From the NCBI RefSeq assembly GCF_009914755.1, contig NC_060932.1: a stretch of DNA of 64,000 nt; one strand, written 5' to 3'. Of the stretch, positions 14,991-28,156 are shown piece by piece. Source of the DNA: the human T2T-CHM13v2.0 reference genome, Homo sapiens. The notes beneath the pieces are model-generated. The model saw only the letters and a list, made by a program, of their open reading frames with translations, ran no database searches and was not told where the DNA came from. Numbering within the stretch: position 1 is the first letter of the stretch; the number at the start of each line of letters is the position of its first letter. A program made the position numbers and the translations under genes.

Positions 14991-17900
14991 GGATACATGG
15001 CTGTAGTTTAAAAAAAATCTAGATCATGGAACAGAATATTAATAAAAATAGCCAGCGTTTGGTGATCACGTTCCATCTTCCAGGGCTTTTAGCAAATAAT
15101 GTGCAAGTATGAAACCCTGTGAGATATGCATATGCTCTCCCTTTCTGCAAAGGAGGACATCAGTACTTACAGAAGTTGATTAACTCAACCGAGACTGCAT
15201 AGCTAATTACTGGGGATGCTAGAATTCTGTGATTTAGATATGTTTGATTTATATCTGCTATGCTATTCTGTATGTATGCTATAACTGTATAGAATATAAA
15301 CAGAATACTGTACTTAGAAGGGTCCTAGAAATAAGCTAGTCCACACCACTTTTGACAGATGAAAGAATAAGAGCCCCAAAGGAGAATTGTACAGTTAACT
15401 ATTAAACAATTTGAACTAGACTTCTAGGTCCCCTGACTCCCATTTTTTTGTTCTTGTTATTGCACAAAAGTTGCCTGGCCTTATTGGATTTAATTTTCCT
15501 TTCTTGCGATTGTTTGACATTTCCCCAGGATAGTAGACGGCCCTCCATATCTTTACAATTTAAAAAAAAAAAAAAAAGCGGGGGCAGGGAATAATCTCTA
15601 CCAAATTTGACAACTCATTAACTACACTTTATAAAAGACATTTAATTGCTTGCCTTGTATCCTGTTTTCAGCTTTCGTCTCCAGTAGCAAATATCAATTA
15701 AATTCTACTAACAAAGAGTCTTACCACAGTTGACAAATAATCCCTTTCAGGAGAATTGCCCTCAGTGACTCTCCACAGGCAAAATTTACAATTCTTTCAG
15801 CCACAATTCTTTGCTGCTGTTTCCTCTAACATCAGATGTGACAGGTCTGCCAGGACAAGAAACAGACTTACCCTTTGAGGGCATTTTCCCATATAATGAG
15901 GTGGCTCCTGCAGAAATCACACTGCTAGTGGTGGTGACAGGCCACTATAACTCCTGCATGCTGACCATACAGAAACCTATAATTTACCCAGCTGACCAGC
16001 ATCAGCGTGGGGCCAATTTTCTAGAATGATGTTCTGATTTTGTAGTTAAGTTGTTGACAATAGAATAGTTTATGAATGACAAGGAGGAAAACTAGGTTCC
16101 CTCAATAAAAATCTCCGGGAGACAATTTTCACTCAGTCTTGGGTAGCACTTTGTAATAACTAGAGCATATAAATCTGCTGCATACTGCCCAGAATACAGT
16201 CACCTCTGATCATGAGATTCAAACAGAGGCTGGTTCAGCATTTGGCCAGAATGTGGTGTAGCTCACTCAAACAGTAGATTGACTAGATAATTTTCAGATT
16301 CCTTTTCCAAACCCTAGATATGTTTCCTTGACATAATCATAATTTTTTCTCCATTGCTTTTAATTTGATTAAGCAGTAATGTGCTGTAATTACATAGCCA
16401 CATTCTTTTAAAAAATCATAAAAACAATGAATCTCTGCCATCAGATGGGTGTACATCAATCAGAGACAACCATTTATTATGTAAAGCATGATGTCTTACA
16501 GTTTTGTTGCTAGCTAAAGAATAGTAGTAGAGATCCTAGTTCCAGGGAGTTTAGATGCATGGTTGTCAGGAACACCAGCTGAGTTTCAAGGTGAGATTAG
16601 AGGCTCACTGTCTTGTGATCAAAAGATATGGAAAAAATCAGATTATTTCTAATATCTCTTTTAATTATAGTATTCCAACATTCTAGAAATAACTTTAAGA
16701 TTCTCAGTTGCTAAGTGAGCAAAGGTAACAATAGAATCGATACTGGATTAAGAGCTATGAAATTGTGTGTTTGGTTTCCTTCTTATTCTGTTATATGTAC
16801 ATATAAATCTGACATATGGTTGAATGTTTTATATGTATATAACATTATATATATGACTTTTAAAAAAGAGGCTTATTCATGTCATATGAAGAGCAGTGGA
16901 CTCAGCTGAACTTTTAAATAAAATGAAAAAATTTATGGATTACATAATCGGTATCTTCAAATCATACAGGTCTAAAATGGGCTGTCACGTCAATGTTATC
17001 TGAGTTGTTTTACATGACTCAAATGGATACAAAGTTAAGAGAAAAAAATTCCACATCAATGATGTAACAAAATTGTTACCAAACAGAGCTGTTTGAGGAA
17101 AGAATAATCTACCTCATTTTTGTTGTATTCCATATCACCCCAAGTTTCAATATACATTTGATGTGCTCTGGATAGACAGAATATTAAACAGGGATTCAAA
17201 TATTATTTCTCTTGCCATCCTGAGATTTTTGTCACCCTATGAATCTATTCTATTGTCTTATTTATGAAGTAGCATCAATAGGTTCTTCCGTAATCACTCA
17301 AATCCTTTCAGGAAAGTTCGTTACTCTTGGATAATCTCTACAAGCCAAAGAGATTGGTCATGGTCTTGTCTTTGGTCATTTGTAATTCCTGCACTAGCTA
17401 TTTCACATTGCAGAAAAAGAAATGTTTTCCCCAAAGAAAGTCCCCTTGCAATTAAGTTACACAAAACATGGCGCTCACAGCCCGCAATCTTTAATTCACT
17501 CCTCCTGGGTAGAGTCAAACTTCATCATGCCACTAAGTGAAGGGATACCTACCACAGTCAGGAAACTAAGTGGGAAAGTATATCTGTCATAGCCTGTAGC
17601 CACCCAGAAGGAGTTCCAAGAATCTTAATCCTTAGTGAACCATGAAACTTCAGGGCAGGCAGCTTGCAGCTGGGGATTTGTTTGCCTATGCAAATTCTAT
17701 CATAAATCACCTCATCCTCAATGAAAAGGCTAAGGCAAAGGCCAAGGTGCTGTGCAGAATTATCACTGGGTCACAAAGACTCAGGATTTATGAGGCAAAC
17801 CAGCCCTAGATCGGTCCAGTCTTTTATTAAGGTAGTTACTTTAACTCCCATTTGCCAGATGAAGAAACCAAAATTCTAAGTGTAATAGACTTTCCTTAGT

Positions 17901-18716
17901 TCTAAGAGTTTATGAAGATCAGAAATTTTGCCATCTGGTGCTCTATTTCCTCTCCAACCAATCTGCTTAGGTCAGCAACTTCAATTCCTGTTAATGTTTC
18001 AAAAGCCAATTATGGCGGGAAGTATGCTGACACCAGGCCAATGGATAACTCATCATTGCTCCTAATGGCTGACTCTGTAGCTGTGTATCAAAGGCTGTTG
18101 CTAAACAGTCATAGGCATTCCTTCACTCACATCATCAATTCCGTGTTGCCTTGGTGCAGAGTCACAACATGTGTTTTTTGACAAGATGCTTTCTGTTCTA
18201 AGGATATTTAATGATTTCTCCCTTCTGGCTCTGAATAGTAATAGTATCACAGTGAAGCAAAAGGGATAAGGGATTTTAAGAGTGATGGGAGTAGTCCAAG
18301 AAAAGAAAGAGAGGAAGACAGATAAAATGCAGAAGACACTTAACTATAAATTTTGTCGGTAACATCACAGCTCTGAATTTACAAGCCTATGGCTGGATTT
18401 GGAGTTGAAATATTTGAGTTCTGCCTGTCTCTGATACATTCTAGTTCAACCGGCTTAAGTAGAATGTAAGAACTAGTTCTACAGGCTTAAGAACATCATT
18501 TACCCTTTGTGAGGCTAAGTTTGCTCACCCTCAGAAAAAGATAAATAACACTTCTTGCCGCCAACATACATGCATGCAGTCTAGGTGCATGTGAGGTCTG
18601 AATTTAATAATATGGCATATGGAAAAGTTCTTCTGAAAATTATCAAATAACAGAAATTGCAAAAGAGATAATGACACCTGAGGTTGCCACCAGGTGTCAT
18701 CTGATGATGACTCTGA

Positions 18717-19054
<338 letters not shown>

Positions 19055-19079
19055 TTACTTGTTATAATCTTTATCCTAT

Positions 19080-19635
19080 CCCTTTCCAGTTATGTGGCAT
19101 TGAACAGTGTATTTAGATTCCCTAAGTTGCATTTTCCTCATCTGTAAAAGTGGGACAACAGTTATTTCTCTATCTTTTTCCCACTGTGATTGTGAGGAAG
19201 AGGTGAGCCCAGACATGTGAAATAAAATGCATTGAAACTGGAAACCTGTATTATGTCTACAATTAAAGGAATCTTATTATTACTGAACCTCAGGCTTCCA
19301 GAAGAGGCACCTGACCTCTGGGTTCTCTGGTTAGGGAAAGATGTAGAGAGACCTCCCAGGAATTTTATATTCTGTTGCATGTGAAGGAGTAGGGTGAATG
19401 CTAAGGACTCTAGGGACATACTGCTTGGATTTGAATCCTGGCCCTGCTAATTCCCAGATGAATGACCTAAGGTAACTTTTTACTTCTCTATGCCTCAGTT
19501 TCTTTTTCTATTAAATTGCAATAAAAATATAAACTCACAAAGTTATTTTAACGATTAAATGAGCTTATCTATATGAAGAGCATAAGCAATGCACAGCACA
19601 CCAAGAATACCTTCTAAGTACTAGATACTGCTATT
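19080..19635 (+). mobile_element. Two MIR fragments (about 19080-19250, 19385-19635)
   Basis: ttttcctcatctgtaaaagtggg and ggatttgaatcctggccctgc...tgcctcagtttc cores. Confidence 0.65.
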
Positions 19636-21471
19636 AAATTATCCCCTTCCCTCAGCTCAGTTTGGACCCCTTCCCTCAACATTAACTTGCATAGATTTGC
19701 CTCTGGGACCAGGGCATGAAAAGGCAGGTTCGTTTTTATCTCTTAGGTTGCCTGCCAGGATTTGCATCATCTAAGGACTCTGCTTAATCCAGGAGGTTCA
19801 GAAACTAACTGTTGCAAATTTTATTCCAGTTCTCTGTCATTTTAAGTGCTCCAGTAGAACCCCGAATAAAAGGGTCACCCGAGGCAAGTGTGACCATGTT
19901 CTCCCTAAGATATGGGGAAGAGTCTGGTTGGAGTCATGTGAATTGTCCAAATCAGAAGGTGGACAGAGAATTGCTTAGAAATTAAGTGTATGGCTCTTTT
20001 CCCTCTTCCTTGACTCAATGAATTCCTCTATACTTCTGCAAAATAAGACAGTGTCTTTGCAATATTTCTAGCCAATGTGCGTATATTGAATCCCACTAAT
20101 TTTGCCAATACCCATTTCTCATATCTGTTATGCTGTAGTTTCACCAATTAAACTCCCATTTTAACAGCCATTAGATAAACTAATATGCTCTTTGTTCTTG
20201 AATGGAGATGAAAAGAGCTGATACATTTCTGGTAGCTGCCTCTAAGATAGGGTTTATGATCCAAAGTCTTGGGCGTACATTTCCAATTAGACCAAGTATT
20301 CAACCCTAGGGTGAAGATCAGAGATTAAAATTATCATCATCCTCCAAGCACTCCCCCACCATATACTGGTTAGGCTGTAGTAATTTTCTAGAGTAAGTTA
20401 TAAACCACAGAACAATTACAGTGGGTGCAACTAATATATTTCAGAGAATGGTACTGCATTTGAATCATTCTGTTTAAGAACTTCTCAAAAAGTTTCTTCT
20501 AGCTTTTTGGCCTCATCATCATCATGATCAAAGAGATGTTTGGAATAAATTCAAATTTTTAGACAACTTTCTTTAACTAAATAATTGTGAGTCATTGTTC
20601 TCCTTCAAGCACCACTAGCTCCAGCCATACTACTGCTCATATAAAACCGATGCCTTTTAATTTTTTTTTTTAACTTTGTCTCCACTGGTACTTTTATCTT
20701 GAATGTCTCTTCCCACTCACTTAAACATGCTAATATCCATCCCTTTGACAAAATGTCTCTGATTCTCCCAATATAAAACTCCCACTTTCATTATAACACT
20801 TACCATTCTAACTTCTAATTTAATTATGTGAGTATTTGCCTATATCAGACTTCAGATTCCTGCAGGCAAGTAGATATGTCTAATCCATCTCTGAAGTCAT
20901 CTAGAAAACACACAGTGCCTTGCTCAAATTAGTCAATCAATAACTGCTTATGGAAAAGACCCATTTCTAGTAGAGTAGAAAAAAGACCAGAATTATTTGA
21001 GTGTCATCTTGCCCATTATCAGGTATGTGAACTTGTGAGAAACTCTAATTTTTCATCTATAAATTGTGAACAATTATTTCAGGGTTGTTATAAGAGTTAA
21101 ATGAAAATGAAATAAAATAAAATGAAAATGCCTCATTGATTGTGAATATAAAATATTACTTGTTTTCCCATTCAAAGGATTCTGCAATTCATAGAATTCA
21201 CAGAATTAAAGACTCTTCAATAAAAACAAGAGGGCTAGGAAGAAGAAATTATTTAGATTAAAACTAGCATGCAGATTCCATGACTGTCCGTTCCATGTTA
21301 ATTTCCTACTTTCTCCTTTTGTGATCTAGTATTTTAAAAACTACATGGTGTTCTGGAAAAGACCCTGAGGTTTGTAAACAATCATCTAAATATGTTTTTA
21401 GTCTGTGTTATATTTTAAAGAAAATGTGGTTCTTTCAAAATATGGCTTTAATGCTGATCACTGCAGATGGG

Positions 21472-21848
21472 TGATATGGTTTGGCCATATCATCCATTTG
21501 GGTTTGACCCAAATCTCATCTTGAATTGTAACTCCCACAATTCCCACGTCTTGGGAGGAACCCAGTGGGAGGTGTTTGAATTATGGGGGTGGGTCTTTCC
21601 TGCGCTGTTTTCGTGATAGTGAATGAGTCTCACAAGATCTGATGATTTTAAAAATGGGAGTTTCCCCACAGAAGTTCTCTCTTTGCCTGCTGCCATCCAC
21701 GTAAGATGTGACTTGCTCCTCCTTGCCTTCTGCCATGATGGTGGGGCCTCCCCAGTCATGTGGGACTGTAAGTCCATTAAACCTTTCTTTTGTAAATTGC
21801 CCAGTCTTGGGTATGTCTTTATCAGTAACATGAAAACAGACTAATACA
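21472..21848 (+). mobile_element. Solo THE1 (THE1B/C-like) LTR
   Basis: TGATATGGTTTGGC...AAAACAGACTAATACA with 5-bp TSD ATGGG (21467-21471, 21849-21853). Confidence 0.93.
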
Positions 21849-22137
21849 ATGGGATATTTTGCTAGATTATTCTTCATACTAAGCATTTCAAAAGTGAAAG
21901 TGTCAATATAGTAAAACTTCTGTAGGAAAGGAGGAAAGCTTCCTCTTGATCAGATTTTTTTTTTGGCCTTTTTTTTTTCTCTCTAATAACAATGTTTATA
22001 TCTCATAGATCTGCACTGGCTTTCTTGGAAAACTCATTTTATGTTCTTGCCTTATATTTAGGTGAAGTTATATCCTGTAACCCCCCAAAAGTCAACCTTT
22101 CATGCTCATAGGGTTGTTATGAAAACTAATTAGTATT

Positions 22138-22519
<382 letters not shown>

Positions 22520-25009
22520 TTATGGCCCCAGTGGTCTTCAGAATCAAACAATTTTGGTTTGAATCCAGTATTCACCATTCACCAGTTGTTGGCTTTAGGC
22601 AAGGTAATCAACCTGTTTATTGCTCATTTTCTTCATCATAAAATTAGAATAAAAAACAGAGACTTAATATTATTGCCTTGAGGATATATGTATATTTCCT
22701 AATACAGTTCCAGTCGTATAGTAGGCTCTCAATAAATAGCAACTGCTTTAAAAATATATACTTATGAGAGTCTTCATAGCTATACCTCTGCCAGCCATTA
22801 ATGGGAGCAGGATTTGGGCTCTCCCATTTATGGGAGTTTTATGCTGTATACACTAGAGCAGTGTTGACATAATTTAGGCTTAGTAAATGTTTGGTGAACC
22901 AGAAGATGAATAGAGGCCTCATGTAACTCCCAGCCATGTCTTCAAATCTTAACATTTAAATCATATCAGCCCTCTGTGACTTTGTGTAATGATAGTCTGG
23001 GGACATGCAATGGCCCAGTGCAAATAAAAATTGAAACATTTTCAACATTTTCTCCTATTAGCAATGTTTTTACAAAGAAATTTTCTAGTCTTAAATAAGC
23101 ACTTACATAAGAAGTGGTGAGAATAAAGTAAATCAGCATATACTTTGATGAAAATGGAATTGCCAGAGCTGTTATCTAAATTAAGTTGGAAATGTGAGTG
23201 ATGATGTGAGTGTTATGAGTGGATTCACACAATTTTTGTTTTTGGACCTCTAAATGATGTCATCAGCCTTTCCTCCTTGTGCTTTCTGCCATCTTCAGTG
23301 ATTCTGTAATGCCACATAGTTGGATACTGAAGTATCAACTTAACTCATTTCAAATCACAGATTCAGTGTCCTCTGCTCACATAGAAATGGAACCACCCTC
23401 CTTGCCATTTGCAATAACTCCTGACCATCCAGCTATGAGGTGCCCATGATTGTACTGACAGTTCCAAAGTTCAACCACCCATGTTCTCATCATATATAGA
23501 TAATACATATCTGTCTTCCATATTGAAGTTTTCATAGCTTTTCATATCGATTCTCTCATACAGTCCTTATAACCAATCTGTGGAGGTGGCTGAAAAAGTA
23601 TGACATCATTATTTTAGAGATAAAGAAACTGAAGTTAATCTAGGTGTTACCATTTTAGAGAGAGAAACTTGGTGGTCTCAGTAAAACTTGGCCCTAGTTT
23701 CACCTTTGAAATGAATTCATTGTTATGGGCATTCATGCTGTTTAGGTCTAAATCTACTCCTCTGTTACATGCCAAATGGATTTCTTGGTTTGTTTCCAAC
23801 AATAACATCCAATGTTTCCTAACTATTCCAAATACAATTCAGATAAAAATGTGATGGTGGCAGTAGTAGAATCTAAGTCTTCTGAGCCCTACTCAAGTCA
23901 TTTTTCTAGAGAGCTGCCAATGGCCAACATGAAGACAGAGTCCTGGGCATGTCCTTTATGCCAGAGGTTTCCAGATATGGATGCTTAGCAGATTTACCTA
24001 TTTTTGTTAAAAATACAAACTCTGGAGTTCATTCTCAATGATTCTGATTGTGTAGGTCTGGTTTTTAAGCCTATGTTGAAACCTGATGATTTAGGTCATG
24101 AAAAAGACTCCTAAATGTATTGGTTTCATGGCCTTTCCTTGAAGTGGTGCCAATACAGTAACCTGGCTGTCATTTGACTCTGATGTAGACCAAGTCAATG
24201 GCCTTAAAAGGATCTACTGGGGATATTAAGGTGCATTCTTCAAGTTCCATTTTTTTTTCTAGGAAATCTGATATCCAACTCACAATTTTCTCCCATTTTA
24301 AGGCGGGGTCTTGGGGATGGACAAAATAGGGTGAACGAGCATGCTATTCTGGATCCCAGAGCCATCTCTGGAGAGAGAAATCATACTGAATCAAATCACC
24401 TTCCCCACAAATATCTTTCAGAAGGAATAAATTAATATGGTTAGTTGCTACCAAACAATTGACTTTCAGACAATGACCTTTACCTTCTCACTTCTCTCAC
24501 TGAGATAAAGTGAAGGGCAGCCCCATGGCTCCTGCTGTTAAGTGGAACCTAAGTGGAAGAGAAGAGGGACCAATGTTTCTGAGCTGATAATCACCTAAAA
24601 AAGGTACTTAACAGAGTCCAGAAGGGATTTCAGTTGAGGTTTTGGCTGATGTCAAAAATATTCTGTTTCAAGATTTCTCCAGGTTGTACAAAGTAGCATA
24701 TAAAGCTTGAAAAAATAAAGGTAAGCTAAAGAAATCATAGTATAACATGTATGTATTTTTTCTTCTTGTAAATAATATACTAATTTTTTTTCTGATTTTT
24801 TTTTTAATAAAATAAGCTAATAGAAAAGACCAAAATAGCACAGGTCTTGGAGTAACCATCTGTCTTGGCCACACATGGAAAAAAATGAACAACCTGCATT
24901 GATAGTGACCTTTTGCTCAGACCATGTGCCTGAGGAGGTGACACTGAACAGTAGAAAGTCAGACACATCAAGATCTGAATGCTAAGTCTGTCATTACTAT
25001 GTGTGTGAC

Positions 25010-25756
25010 TTTGGACACAATCACCATCCACCAGAGTTATTGTATTAAGTCTCCTAACTAGTTCCCTGCTTTTGTTACTGTTCTTCAGTCTATTCTTGGC
25101 AGTCATAGTCTTCTAGTCTATTCAATCTATTCTTCTTCTTCAGTCTATCTCAGCAGCCAAAGAGATCTGGTTGGAGTGCAAGCCAGGTCATTCTACTGTG
25201 CTACTCACCTCATTCTAATGACTACCCATCTTCCTCAGAGTAAAAGCCAAAGTTCTTACAATGGCTTATGATGCCCCATATGATCTCATGCCCCATTGTT
25301 TCTTCCTAATCTTACTTTGTACTTAATGTTGTTCACTGTGCTTCAACTATTCTAGTCTCTTTAGTATTCCTCAAACATACCAAGAACTCGCTTAGTTTGG
25401 AGCTTTACACATTTTCTTCACTCTGCCCTGACTTCTTTTCTTCAGGCATCTATGTGGCTTACTCCTTCATATCCTTCAGGTCTTTTTTTTACAAACTTTT
25501 CCTTCTCAGTAGAACATTTCTTAACCAGTCCATTTAAAATCACTTTTCCCCACAACATGCTCTGTCTCATTTCATGTTGGCATTTTTTTCCCTTTCTTTA
25601 TCTCTTCTCACCATCCAACATATTATATATTACTTGTGTCATTTATTATTTGTCTCTTTTCAGTGGAATGTAAACTTTATGAGAACAGATAATTTGTTGG
25701 TTATGCTCATTGATCAATTCTTAGCATCTGGAGTTAATGCCTAGCATATGGTATGC
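25010..25756 (+). mobile_element. L2 3' fragment whose last bases continue at 28157-28200 beyond the THE1 provirus
   Basis: cagagtaaaagccaaagttcttacaatggc...gaatgtaaactttatgagaacag...gcctagcatatgg, resuming taggcatttggtaaatatttaatgaatgaatgaa. Confidence 0.75.
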
Positions 25757-28156
25757 CGATATGGTTTGGCTGTGTCCCTACCCAAATCTCATTTTGAATT
25801 ATAGGTCCCATAATCCCCATGTGTTGTGGGAGGAATCCAGTGGGAGGTAGTTGATTCATGGGCCCGGTTACCCTCATGCTGCTGTTCTTGTGATAGTGAG
25901 CGAGTTCTCATGAGATCTGATGGTTTTATAAGGGGCTTTTCCCTCTTTTGCCCAGCACTTCTCCTTCCTACCATCACATGAAGAAGGACATGTTTGCTTC
26001 CCCTTCTGTCATGATTGTAAGTTTCCTGAGGCCTCTCCAGCCACACTGAACTGTGAGTCAATTAAACCTCTTTCCTTTATAAATACCCAGTCCCAGGTAT
26101 GTCTTTCTTAGCAGCATGAGAACAGACTAATGCAGTAAATTGGTACCACAGAGAGTGGGGTGCTGCTATAAAGATATGTAAAAATGTGGAAGTGACTCTG
26201 GAACTGGGTAACAAGCAGAGGTTGGAATAGTTTGGAGGGCTCAGAAGACAGAAAGAGGGGGGAAAGTTTGGAACTTCCTAGAGACTAGTTGAATATCTTT
26301 GACCAAAATGCTAATAGTGATATGGACAATGAAGTCCAGGCTGAGGTGGTCTCAGATGGAGATGAGGAACTTGTTGAGAACTGGAATAAAGGTGACACTT
26401 GCTATGGTTTAGCAAAGAGACTGGTGACATTTTGCCCCGCCATAGAGATCTGTCAAACTTTGAACTTAAGAGAGATGATTTGGGGTATTTGGCAGAAGAA
26501 ATTTCTAAGCAGCAAAGTGTACAAGATGCGACTTGGGTGCTGTTAAAAGCATTCAATTTTATGTATTCACAAAGATATGGTTTGGAATTGGAACTTATGT
26601 TTAAAAGAGAAGCAGAGCATAAAATTACAGAAAATTTACAGCTTGATGATGCAATAGAAAAGAAAAACTCATTTTCTGAGTAGAAATTCAAGCCAGCTGC
26701 AGAAATTTGCATAACTAGCAGCAAGGAGCCAAAAGTTAATTGCCAAGACAATGGGGAAAATGTTTCCAAGGCATGTCAGAGGTCTTCATGGCAGCTTCTC
26801 CCATCACAGGCCCAGAGACCTAGGAGGAAAAAATGGTTTCATGGGTGGGGCCCAGGGCCTTGTGGCTTTGGGCAGTCTCAGGACTTGGTGCCCTGTGTCT
26901 TTTAGCTGTGGCTAAAAGAGGCCAAGGTACAGCTCAGGCCATGGCTTCAGAGGGTGCAAGTCCCAAGCCCTGACAGCTTGCACATTGTGTTGAGCCTGTG
27001 GGTGCACAGAAGTCAAGAATTCAAGTTTGGGAACCTCCACCTAGATTTCAGAGGATGTATGGAAATGCCTGGATGTCCAGGCAGAAGTTTGCTGCAGGGG
27101 CAGGGCCCTCATGGAGAACCTTGGCTAGGCCAGTGCAGAAGGGAAATGTGGGTTTGGAGAGCCCACACAGAGTCCCCACTGGGGCATTCCCTAGTAGACC
27201 TGTCCTCCAGACCTCAAACACAGGTCTGCCTGAGAGTGCCTTATTGTCCTCCAGACCCCAGAATGGTAGATCCACTGACAGCTTGCACCATGCACCTGGA
27301 AAAGCCACAGACACTCAATGCCATCCTATGAAGGAAGCTTGGAGTGGGGCTGTACCCTGCAAAGTCACAGGGGCAGAACTTCCTAAGGCCATAGGAGCCC
27401 ACCTCTTGCATCAGTGTGACCTGAATGTGAGACAGGAAGTCAAAGTAGATAATTTCAGAGCTTTAAGTTTTGACTGCTTTGCTGGATTTTGGACTTGCAT
27501 GGGGCCTGTAGCCCCTTTGTTTCAGTAAATTTCTCCCATTTGGAATAGGTGTGTTTACCCAATGCTTGTACCCCATTGTATCTAGGAAATAACTAACTTG
27601 CTTTTGTTTGTACAGGCTCATAGGTGGAAGGAATTTGCCTTTCTCAGATGAGACTTTGGACTTGGACTTTTGGGTTAAAGCCAGAATTAGTTAAGACTTG
27701 GGGGGAAGGGGGCTGTTGGAAAGGCATAATTGTGTTTTGAAATGTGAGGACATGAGATTTGGGAGGGGCTGGGGTGGAATGATATGGTTTGGCTGGTGTC
27801 CCCACCCAAATCTCATCTTGAATTGTAGTTCTCATAATCCCCACATGTCATGGGAGGGACCCAGTGGGAGGTAATTGAATCATGGGGGTGGTTACCCCCA
27901 GGCTGCTGTTCTTGTGATAGTGAGTGAGTTCTCATGAGATCTGATGGTTTTATAAGGGGCTTTTCCCCTTTTTGCTTAGCACTTCTCCTTTCTGCCATCA
28001 TGTGAAGGACATGTTTACTTCCCCTTCCACCATGATTGCAAGTTTCCTGAGGCCCCCCTACACATGCTGAACTGTGAGCCAATTAAACCTCTTTCCTTTA
28101 TAAATTACCAAGTCTCAGGTATGTCTTCATTAGCAGCATGAGAAGGAACAAATACA
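25757..28156 (+). mobile_element. Full-length THE1D-like MaLR element (5' LTR 25757-26134, internal 26135-27779, 3' LTR 27780-28156)
   Basis: Two similar LTRs in direct orientation; internal starts gtaaattggtacc; purine tract gggaggggctggggtggaa precedes the 3' LTR; near-TSD tatgc/taggc; internal ORF broken. Confidence 0.93.

Noticed and set aside
26289-27528. ORFs of 85-176 aa as a protein-coding gene
   Set aside because: They lie in the THE1 internal region and are fragments of its decayed ORF, broken by stops and frameshifts.
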